A program made the translations under genes and the position numbers. Below the pieces are notes generated by a model, which was not told the origin of the DNA, searched no databases, and worked only from the letters and a program-made list of their open reading frames with translations. Below are positions 18,093-24,973 of a stretch of 27,316 bases of DNA, piece by piece; the stretch's first letter is position 1, and the number at the start of each line of letters is the position of its first letter. This stretch comes from a virus (lineage: Duplodnaviria; Caudoviricetes): positions 1 to 27,316 of the IMG/VR virus record IMGVR_UViG_3300015366_000034; one strand, written 5' to 3'.

Positions 18093-20287
18093 AGTGGTCT
18101 TTCTTCTATATCAAGATGGTGGGCGTGGGTGACTTGTCCACCCTCAGATAATTTATAGTTCTTACGGCTACCAAATTTAGGAGCTTTAGCCAATACCAAT
18201 GGACCAATCTGTAGAACCTTCTCAGCACTCTCAACAGGCTGACGCGAGTCTTGGCGACCGTAAAAGTAATCCCTTCGGCGTGGATCATACCCAATTTGAG
18301 CCCAGTCAGAGTGTTTCAGATACTTCTGCATTTGCTTAACCGCGTCTTGATCACTGGTCGGCAACCACATCCCCTTAATCCGTGCAAACGGTGACTTGCT
18401 CTTCTCCCCCGTTGCTACATCCTGCGCTTTCTTATCTCCTCCATGAAACACAGCGTTCTCAACCGCGGATACTGGACCATATGCTACGCCACCATTGTCT
18501 TCATCATGTATTGAGTTGACCCAGACACCATGCTCGCTGTACGCAGGTATGTCTAGTCTCAGTCCTACATTACGCCCAGCCTCCCATTTGTCCGCGCCCC
18601 TCCACTTACCACGCTTAGCTTCATGTAAAGCCATCAATGCTTCCTCATCTGTAGCAGGACGTGGTACAGCCGTATAAGGAGTAACTGGCTTGAGCTTGTT
18701 TAGTATCTTGTCGTACTGAGCACGGGTAATATTCCCAGACAGTAACGCCTTCACCGCCATCTCTAGTTCTGGTATGCGGTCATCACGCTTATGTTGTATG
18801 TTAAACATTTGCGGAGTTGATCCACCCTTTGCAAAATGCTTTGGATCAACTGTATATATTTGGTCAGGCGTGTATCCATGCATGTCTGATACTCGGTGTA
18901 TCTCAGTCGGCACTTCATCTTGCTCGTGGGCTACGAACACCCTGTGACCGTTGCTCATCTTCCTCATAGCATCTAGGTCGCTCTCTACTGGTCTTCCATG
19001 CTTACGGAGAAGGGATACGATTCCACCCTTGGCTTTATTAATGTCTGGGTCATTCACATCATATGTCCCACGGTTACCAATGGCTGACTTGATGCGGCTA
19101 GGATCGTAAACGCCTAGGTTTTTGGTTCCGCGCTCTCTAATGTAAAACGAATCATGCCCCATGTCTTGTATCGCTTGTTGTACGTAAGGGTTCTCAAACA
19201 ATGGCCAATTGTTCTCATCTTTATGCGACTCATGGATTCTCTCCTTCATCCGCGTCTCAGCAAGAGTCTTCTCGCTGGCTGTGTCGTGTGGCCCGTGCGC
19301 ATATAACTCAGACTCAGGGTTGTAATAAATGTCGTGATATGTCTTCCACAAATTCTCACGATGCTTTGGCTTATCAAAGTCAAATGGATTCCTCACCTGC
19401 ACATGCACTGGATACGTTGTAGGAGCTTGCCCAGTGTCGGTGTACCCCTCTACCGAGAAGTGGCGAGTAAACTTTGGATCGGGCGATAGGAATATTGCGT
19501 TGCGCTCATCTCTGTAATCGCTTGACGGATCATCTGGATAGTTCTCATCAGCAATTTGCTTTCTAGTCTTGAACTCAACAATGTTTGGTTCTTTAGATCC
19601 ATGATAGAAACGACGCTTGTCTTTGCTTGGCTCCATAAACTTTTTACGGTTAGCCCTGCGCTCTTGCTTAGACAGCCCACCCTTGTTCATTAACTCTAGG
19701 CGCATTTGATCAATAGATACGTTGCCACCTTTGGACTTGGTGATGTCAGACCGCGTGGTGTCATATGTCCCACGGTTGCCTATTGCAGATTTTATTTTAG
19801 TTGGGTCAAACATCACAACCTCTTTTGATCGCGGGTTATAAATACTGTCATAACCTTCGGCCTGTACAGCATCTGCCCATTCTTTTGGCATCATGTAGGG
19901 AAAGTTACCACTTCCTCCAGCAAATGCATTACGCGCCCAATCATCCATCTCTTGACTATCTAAAACCAGCGGAGTACGAGACTGAACATGCACAGGCATG
20001 ACATTGGTGCCATGCTTGAATAAGTCGTCGCCGCGGCCTGATATGTTATGCATTGCAGGCTGTCTTTCAGCCACCATGGACAACCAAATACCATGCCCAC
20101 TCTTTTTAATGTCGTCGCCACCTGGCTTAAACTTCTTAAAATTCTTGGGCGTTGCGTGATACAGCACTTCCTTGATCTGACTAGGAGATAACAGCTTTTG
20201 CCTGTTCTCTTCTTTTTCTTCAGATGTCATGTTGCGTATAGCCTTTAAATCTTTACGCATCTGTGCAGTGGTGGGCTTTTTGTTCAT
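18089..20287 (-). CDS. Multidomain protein with two tandem ADP-ribosyltransferase-like (ART-PolyVal type) domains
   Basis: 732 aa. Two copies of YH[AG][TS]...[IA][WF]LS...PVHVQ...P...G[YH]DS...[FY]DPxxIKSAIGNRGTYD, then two further domains, all separated by KGG/EGG linkers. Confidence 0.7.
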   Translation of the reverse strand: MNKKPTTAQMRKDLKAIRNMTSEEKEENRQKLLSPSQIKEVLYHATPKNFKKFKPGGDDIKKSGHGIWLSMVAERQPAMHNISGRGDDLFKHGTNVMPVHVQSRTPLVLDSQEMDDWARNAFAGGSGNFPYMMPKEWADAVQAEGYDSIYNPRSKEVVMFDPTKIKSAIGNRGTYDTTRSDITKSKGGNVSIDQMRLELMNKGGLSKQERRANRKKFMEPSKDKRRFYHGSKEPNIVEFKTRKQIADENYPDDPSSDYRDERNAIFLSPDPKFTRHFSVEGYTDTGQAPTTYPVHVQVRNPFDFDKPKHRENLWKTYHDIYYNPESELYAHGPHDTASEKTLAETRMKERIHESHKDENNWPLFENPYVQQAIQDMGHDSFYIRERGTKNLGVYDPSRIKSAIGNRGTYDVNDPDINKAKGGIVSLLRKHGRPVESDLDAMRKMSNGHRVFVAHEQDEVPTEIHRVSDMHGYTPDQIYTVDPKHFAKGGSTPQMFNIQHKRDDRIPELEMAVKALLSGNITRAQYDKILNKLKPVTPYTAVPRPATDEEALMALHEAKRGKWRGADKWEAGRNVGLRLDIPAYSEHGVWVNSIHDEDNGGVAYGPVSAVENAVFHGGDKKAQDVATGEKSKSPFARIKGMWLPTSDQDAVKQMQKYLKHSDWAQIGYDPRRRDYFYGRQDSRQPVESAEKVLQIGPLVLAKAPKFGSRKNYKLSEGGQVTHAHHLDIEERPL

Positions 20288-20293
20288 ATCTCA

Positions 20294-20322
20294 ATTATGC
20301 CTATACCCCAGTTCGAAGTCTA
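20294..20322 (-). promoter_or_regulatory. Sigma70-like promoter, probably giving a leaderless transcript
   Basis: Minus strand TAGACT-17 nt-CATAAT with the ATG 6 nt downstream; no Shine-Dalgarno sequence. Confidence 0.55.
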
Positions 20323-20327
20323 TGGGG

Positions 20328-20342
20328 CGCGATTGAATCGCG
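20328..20342. repeat. Palindrome CGCGATTGAATCGCG (copy 3, intergenic)
   Basis: Perfect 7-1-7 inverted repeat between the terL stop and the predicted -35 element. Confidence 0.9.
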
Positions 20343-20343
20343 T

Positions 20344-21774
20344 TTATGATGCATACGGATTACCACGCTGTCTCTTATTAAAGTCTTCAGCATCAATGTA
20401 ATCCTCTGGATCGTAATCCTCCCTTGGTGGTGGGTCAATGCTAATCCAGCCTGCATCCCTCAAGTACCTCAAGCCCTGGCTGATACAGTCTACGAACTCA
20501 TCGTGCGCCGTCTCAGGGAAAGAACAGATCTGGCTGACCATGCCCTCAGCCCAATCGCGGACATACCCCTTGCGCTTGCTGTGCTCTGGCACCCACACTC
20601 GACCTGCTCGGATAATGTTGGCCACAATCGACAGCCTTTGAGTTTTATCCGCCCGTCCTGGGTTATATCCAATCACTGGCAGGTGAGCCCGCTGTAAGTC
20701 TTGGATGAGCGAGATACCCGCCGCCTTATCCTCCACCAAGAGCAAGTCTACTCGTTTCTTTTCCCGTCCTTCGCCATACACCACCTCATACTCATCGATG
20801 ATCTTGGGGCGCAGGTCAGGGTACTGGAGCTTGTCTTGCCAGCAGTCAGCAATCATCACGCACATACCGCCATCTAAAGGTTTGAACACCGCCAGAGTGA
20901 TTGACCCAGTAGGATCGTTCTCCTTGCCATCTTTATAGCCACAGTCGTAAGATTGGATGATGTACTCAAACTTAGGAAACGGCTTACCGTCTGGCCAGAG
21001 CCTAAACCAATCGCGCTTGACGATGCCACCCTCTTCTGGGTCGATGATCTCTGCGTGGATCTCCTGCCGGCCGAGGTTGGTGCCCTCGTACTGAAGAATC
21101 TGCTTCTGGAACGATGGGGCCAAGTTCTTGATGTTGCTGTACGTACTGGCGCGTGTGATCACCACATCGTCGCTTTCTCTGGCAATCAGATCCAGCACAA
21201 CGTCTTTAGGCTTTGGTGTTGTCGAGCAGATCAGCTTGGTTCTTTGTCCCAGTCGTATGCCGAACTGGATCATGTCCCAGGAGTCTTGCAAGTACTCCCA
21301 GGCCGCCAACTCGTCCAACCACCCCCCGTGGAATTGTGGCCCACGGAACCGCTCAGGCTCGGACGCTGGAATACCCTTTATGAACGATCCATTGATTAGA
21401 TGTATCTCATGCAAGCTAGAGTTGTACTTTGCCACCAGCGCCGTCGGTATAACCTTTAGCAGTCCTGAGTCACCCTCAAAGCAGGTGCCCTTCAAGTCAC
21501 CACTAGTTGGGGCAGATACCAGCCACCGTGTACCAGGTTGTTCCCACGCCCAGTTAGCTAGAGTCTCCGCCGCCGCTCTCGTCTTGCCCGCTCCACGACC
21601 AGCCAGCATCAACCAGATGTTCCACCAATCCCCAGGCGGTTCAATCTGGTGTTTATGAGCCTCTATATGTAACCACCTCAGTTGCCAATTAATGACAGCC
21701 TGCTCGATTAGATTCTTTTTCGCGAACTCTTGCTGGATCTTAGGATCATCCAGAATGTCTTCTAGTACGCTCAT
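20344..21774 (-). CDS. terL: Terminase large subunit
   Basis: 476 aa. Walker A AGRGAGKT, RGPQFHGGWLDELAAW Walker B, STTPKP, GRQEIHAE, nuclease-domain QSYD and HDEFVD. Confidence 0.95.
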   Translation of the reverse strand: MSVLEDILDDPKIQQEFAKKNLIEQAVINWQLRWLHIEAHKHQIEPPGDWWNIWLMLAGRGAGKTRAAAETLANWAWEQPGTRWLVSAPTSGDLKGTCFEGDSGLLKVIPTALVAKYNSSLHEIHLINGSFIKGIPASEPERFRGPQFHGGWLDELAAWEYLQDSWDMIQFGIRLGQRTKLICSTTPKPKDVVLDLIARESDDVVITRASTYSNIKNLAPSFQKQILQYEGTNLGRQEIHAEIIDPEEGGIVKRDWFRLWPDGKPFPKFEYIIQSYDCGYKDGKENDPTGSITLAVFKPLDGGMCVMIADCWQDKLQYPDLRPKIIDEYEVVYGEGREKKRVDLLLVEDKAAGISLIQDLQRAHLPVIGYNPGRADKTQRLSIVANIIRAGRVWVPEHSKRKGYVRDWAEGMVSQICSFPETAHDEFVDCISQGLRYLRDAGWISIDPPPREDYDPEDYIDAEDFNKRQRGNPYAS

Positions 21775-22121
21775 TCGGCGCTCTGGCGCTTCATTTTGAT
21801 ATTCTTGAGCAACTCGCCGAACACGTCTATATTGTGCTCAATTACAACGGGGCTCGTGTCACTACCTGAGTGCTCCATCCTTGCCAGCTTGGGAATGTGA
21901 TACTCAACCACCGACTGGAACATATCAAACGCCTTTGCTGGGTTCGGTTGCACCACGAACATACCCTCATCATCCTTCACACCCTCTGCTACTGCATCGA
22001 GCCACGAGGTGAGCCTGTGAGCGTTTCCATCAACAAATGATGCTATGGCCTGTCTAGCGTCCGCTGTGGCCTTGTTGGGACTACCCATAGGCCTTCCAGC
22101 ACCCTTTTTAGGAGCATTCAT
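21771..22121 (-). CDS. terS: Putative terminase small subunit
   Basis: 116 aa. GAGRPMGSPNK N-terminal motif, EYHIPKLAR, EHSG; ATGA overlap with terL. Confidence 0.65.
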   Translation of the reverse strand: MNAPKKGAGRPMGSPNKATADARQAIASFVDGNAHRLTSWLDAVAEGVKDDEGMFVVQPNPAKAFDMFQSVVEYHIPKLARMEHSGSDTSPVVIEHNIDVFGELLKNIKMKRQSAE

Positions 22122-22194
22122 AATCTGCCCCCAATAAATTTAAATTGTTTATTTCTTTGTTAGTGTGTACTAACATGTATTTTGATGTGGTCAT
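22108..22194 (-). CDS. Possible 28-aa leader ORF overlapping the terS start
   Basis: AAAGGA then ATG; MTTSKYMLVHTNKEINNLNLLGADYECS. It may be non-coding. Confidence 0.25.
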   Translation of the reverse strand: MTTSKYMLVHTNKEINNLNLLGADYECS

Positions 22195-22226
22195 ATTTCA
22201 GTCCTTTCGCACATTCATTTCAGTGC

Positions 22227-22412
22227 TTACAAGTCTGAGTTTAACAAACTCTTGATTATGTTGTCTAGTTTGTTGTTTACGATTATTGTTTCTTTCTTTC
22301 CTTCTATGAGCGCGAGGATCCAGATTTTGTGTTCTTTTTGGTAGTTTAGGCTAGAGTGATCGTATCCCATCATTAATGATTGGAGTTGTTGTAGTCTATC
22401 CAGTTCACTCAA
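22227..22412 (-). CDS. Hypothetical protein
   Basis: 61 aa ORF overlapping the upstream stop; track start is a non-ATG codon. Confidence 0.45.
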   Translation of the reverse strand: MSELDRLQQLQSLMMGYDHSSLNYQKEHKIWILALIEGKKETIIVNNKLDNIIKSLLNSDL

Positions 22413-22668
22413 AGCTAACGCCCATTACTCGTGTCTCCATTGTCTTGTTTGCGCGGCGCAGGGCTTTGTTCTCTTCCTTCAGCCGTTCTATCTCCGACTT
22501 CATGTGATTGATTCTGCTAGATGCCTGGTCTATCCACTCTTTGACCTCCACAGGCATCCTAAACTCTTCCCTTGAGTGCGATTCAATCGCAGTCTTCTTA
22601 GCCTTTTTAGCTAAGGGTAGGGGAGTGTTCTTTGTTACTTTCTTAATTGTCTTCTTTGCTGTCACCAT
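22405..22668 (-). CDS. Hypothetical protein, Lys-rich N-terminus plus coiled coil
   Basis: 87 aa; AGGAG RBS; heptad pattern INHMKSEIERLKEENKAL. Confidence 0.75.
   Translation of the reverse strand: MVTAKKTIKKVTKNTPLPLAKKAKKTAIESHSREEFRMPVEVKEWIDQASSRINHMKSEIERLKEENKALRRANKTMETRVMGVSFE
22577..22591. repeat. Palindrome TGCGATTCAATCGCA (copy 4)
   Basis: Perfect 7-1-7 inverted repeat within a CDS. Confidence 0.9.
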
Positions 22669-22679
22669 TGTTTTACTCC

Positions 22680-22940
22680 TTATATTTCTTCTACTGTAAT
22701 CTTGTACTTCTTACCCATGTATTCGGCTTCAATAGTTTTCTTTGTACTCATCAGATAACCGTCTTCGGGATGCAAATCAGATCTTACGCGGCCAGTCGTC
22801 ACTTCACCGCCCGTGTCGCCTGGGAGTCCAAGCTTAATCATCTCTGCAATGTAATCGCAATAAGCAATTGGTGATGGCTTAAACGGCGCTTGTCCAAAGA
22901 ATTGATGTACTAGCGTATCCATTGTTCGAAATTCGTTCAT
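22680..22940 (-). CDS. Hypothetical protein
   Basis: Start moved to MNEFRTM (GGAG RBS); first gene after the duplicated promoter. Confidence 0.7.
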   Translation of the reverse strand: MNEFRTMDTLVHQFFGQAPFKPSPIAYCDYIAEMIKLGLPGDTGGEVTTGRVRSDLHPEDGYLMSTKKTIEAEYMGKKYKITVEEI

Positions 22941-22958
22941 ATTGTGCTCCAAATTAAT

Positions 22959-23005
22959 CCTGACTCGTTGTCAGTAAGGTTAGTATAACAAAATATTAAA
23001 GGATT
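22959..23005 (-). promoter_or_regulatory. Extended -10 promoter plus leader hairpin (copy A)
   Basis: Minus strand AATCCTTTAATATTTTGTTATACTA (TGnTATACT), then CTGAC-AACGA-GTCAG. Confidence 0.7.
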
Positions 23006-23116
23006 TCACATTTCTTCTGAAAATAATGCAATAAATATAAAAGCAACAAAAAGTGTTACAAACAATCCTATCGTAAGTAATAGCATAATCCACATTAAAT
23101 TTACCAACATTGTCAT
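23006..23116 (-). CDS. 36-aa single-pass membrane peptide
   Basis: Manual translation MTMLVNLMWIMLLLTIGLFVTLFVAFIFIALFSEEM; starts 3 nt after the upstream stop. Confidence 0.5.
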   Translation of the reverse strand: MTMLVNLMWIMLLLTIGLFVTLFVAFIFIALFSEEM

Positions 23117-23119
23117 CCC

Positions 23120-23515
23120 CTAAAAGTCAAATTCCAGTTGCCTGCTCTGTACTGGGCTGTTTATCCACCAACTGATCCTCAACCGCATTGCCTTGACGTC
23201 CCTATGACTAAACCATGGGACATTTCCCTTTTTATGCGTGTGGTGCTCATATTCGCGTCGTTCCATGGCCTCGATAAACACATCTGGATCTATCCCTATC
23301 ATTGCCGAATAATTCTTGAACATTGAGTTATCGCCGTAAAAGAACCCCAAAGCCGCGACAGCATGAGCATTCAAATTACATCGGTGCTTTAGCTCCTCGC
23401 TGGAGGGAACCTGGCATATGTCTTCTATTGCCTTCGCAATGACGGCGGCAAGTAAGTGCAACTCTCTTTGAGTCTGCTCTTCTATCCCATCATTGGTGCT
23501 CAGCAAGTCAATCAC
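23120..23515 (-). CDS. Conserved hypothetical phage protein
   Basis: 131 aa; LLAAVIAKAIED...FF...IGIDPD helical pattern. Confidence 0.7.
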   Translation of the reverse strand: MIDLLSTNDGIEEQTQRELHLLAAVIAKAIEDICQVPSSEELKHRCNLNAHAVAALGFFYGDNSMFKNYSAMIGIDPDVFIEAMERREYEHHTHKKGNVPWFSHRDVKAMRLRISWWINSPVQSRQLEFDF

Positions 23516-23819
23516 GGCCGTTTCTTTCCTTTAGTAAAGACTCAGCCCAACCAGCCCCCAAAGAGAAAAAGTTCTCTTTCGTTAAATCGGGCAATTTATC
23601 CGAATACTCTTTTGATGCGTTCTGTATTTCTTTGTCTGATATTCCATTCCAGGGCTCCAAAAAATCAACCATTGAATATATACAAGACAGGCAAGTTGGA
23701 CAGAAAGCCATAGGAAGCATCCCAAAATCTCCAACTACGCCACCCTCATCGTCCGAAAACTCGCACGAACAAGCCGTACACGTGTGAATTGCTTCATCTT
23801 CTAATTTGTTGTCATGCAC
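23508..23819 (-). CDS. Small zinc-ribbon protein
   Basis: Start moved to GTG 23819 after AAGGAG; CTAC...CPTC. Confidence 0.65.
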   Translation of the reverse strand: MHDNKLEDEAIHTCTACSCEFSDDEGGVVGDFGMLPMAFCPTCLSCIYSMVDFLEPWNGISDKEIQNASKEYSDKLPDLTKENFFSLGAGWAESLLKERNGRD

Positions 23820-24066
23820 AATTTTTCTCCTTAATCTTAGCCTCGATAGCCTTCGCAAACTTTTTCTCGTCTAGCGTCAGATCCCAACTTTTGTTGTCCA
23901 CGCACTTGTGCTTGATCTCTTCTATCTCCCGCTCCAACAATCCAATCCATGCTTTTGCTGTATAGATCTTAAATTTATTTTCTTTTTCCAACATATACTT
24001 TACAGTCTCTTGTTTAATCTTTGATTCCATTTCTATCCTAGTGAACTCTTCGTCTTCTGGTGTCAT
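23812..24066 (-). CDS. Hypothetical protein (WxGL...IEAKxKEKN family)
   Basis: 84 aa; same C-terminal module as 26956..27288. Confidence 0.75.
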   Translation of the reverse strand: MTPEDEEFTRIEMESKIKQETVKYMLEKENKFKIYTAKAWIGLLEREIEEIKHKCVDNKSWDLTLDEKKFAKAIEAKIKEKNCA

Positions 24067-24068
24067 GG

Positions 24069-24320
24069 TTACTGCCTCTGTGTTGGTATACGGTTGCGGA
24101 TAGCGTCACCCAACTTCTCGATGTCCACGCATTCGTCGGCCAGCTTGGCGCACTCTTCACGCTCGATCATGATGGCGCGCTTGGTTGTCTCAATGGCCAC
24201 GGTCATGATCTCAGCCTGGGCTATGGCTAGCGCCTCATCAAACTCTTGTTGCGTAAAAAATTTAACCGCGCCAGACGTTCCGAGCAGTTGTTTTGCCAGA
24301 TCGCTTACTTCTTTAGTCAT
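24069..24320 (-). CDS. Hypothetical protein (EREECAK...AIR family)
   Basis: Start moved to MTKEVSD (AAGGA RBS); 83 aa. Confidence 0.7.
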   Translation of the reverse strand: MTKEVSDLAKQLLGTSGAVKFFTQQEFDEALAIAQAEIMTVAIETTKRAIMIEREECAKLADECVDIEKLGDAIRNRIPTQRQ

Positions 24321-24459
24321 CTTTCTGTTCCTTAGGTGGTTGAACTGGCCAATTGGCTTCCTGCGCTTCTTTAAACTTCTTTTGGTACTCTGGCAATTCG
24401 GACGGAGGAATCCATCCTTGTGCTCGCCATTTATCAATTAATGATTGTTCTTCAGTCAT
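24313..24459 (-). CDS. Hypothetical 48-aa protein
   Basis: Start moved to MTEEQSL (GGAG RBS); WRAQGWIPPSE. Confidence 0.6.
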   Translation of the reverse strand: MTEEQSLIDKWRAQGWIPPSELPEYQKKFKEAQEANWPVQPPKEQKDD

Positions 24460-24470
24460 ATATTCTCCAC

Positions 24471-24491
24471 AAAAAAGGGGCATAAAGCCCC
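24471..24491 (-). terminator. Rho-independent terminator
   Basis: Minus strand GGGGC-TTTAT-GCCCC followed by TTTTTT, just after the 24503 stop. Confidence 0.75.
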
Positions 24492-24502
24492 AGTTTAAAT
24501 GA

Positions 24503-24817
24503 TTATTTCTTTGGAGATACGCGTATGTCAGCGCGTGATTCTTTGCGGAACTTGTTGAGTGTCTCTTCGCTGATTCCGTACTCAACACACAAGGCGGCGT
24601 AATCAACTGTACCCTTAACCTCAATAAGAGCAACTGTTACTGAGTGCAACTCACCAGCGTGTGTGCCGACGTCATACTTGTTAGCAATAGATGCCTTCAT
24701 TTCTTTGACTTTGTCAGCCAAAGCTTTAGCTTGTTGATCGAGCACATAAAGCGCGTCGATGTCGTTTGTCAAAGATACTAATGTTGCTTCTGTCTGGATT
24801 GTTGTTGCTACTGTCAT
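24503..24817 (-). CDS. Hypothetical protein in a stand-alone transcription unit
   Basis: 104 aa; AAAGGA RBS, its own promoter and terminator. Confidence 0.8.
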   Translation of the reverse strand: MTVATTIQTEATLVSLTNDIDALYVLDQQAKALADKVKEMKASIANKYDVGTHAGELHSVTVALIEVKGTVDYAALCVEYGISEETLNKFRKESRADIRVSPKK

Positions 24818-24838
24818 GATGATTTCCTTTAAGTTAAA

Positions 24839-24885
24839 CCTGCTTCGTTTGCAGTGATGCTAGTATAACAAAAAATTAAAGGATT
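24839..24885 (-). promoter_or_regulatory. Extended -10 promoter plus leader hairpin (copy B)
   Basis: Minus strand AATCCTTTAATTTTTTGTTATACTA, then CTGC-AAACGAA-GCAG; 24/25 nt identical to copy A. Confidence 0.7.
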
Positions 24886-24939
24886 GAACATCTTTTTAAA
24901 CTATTTTCAACTATTTTTCTAAGGAAAACCCTAATAAAA

Positions 24940-24954
24940 CGCGATTGAATCGCG
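24940..24954. repeat. Palindrome CGCGATTGAATCGCG (copy 5, intergenic)
   Basis: Perfect 7-1-7 inverted repeat upstream of promoter copy B. Confidence 0.9.
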
Positions 24955-24973
24955 CTAATGTAAACCTTTGTTT

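Noticed and set aside
2061-20287. Ubiquitin-like conjugation system suggested by the GG motifs and by small beta repeats in 3326..5959
   Set aside because: The GG motifs are internal in low-complexity linkers, not at the end of beta-grasp domains, and no E1, E2 or JAB gene is visible in the window.
20344-21774. Intein or intron in terL, or an alternative genetic code
   Set aside because: TerL is of ordinary length with contiguous motifs, and the long genes read through under the standard code.
1352-24954. Palindrome read as a CRISPR repeat, REP element or cyanobacterial HIP1 (GCGATCGC)
   Set aside because: The copies are 13-15 bp, kilobases apart, often intragenic and have no spacers or cas genes; the 5-nt insert breaks HIP1.
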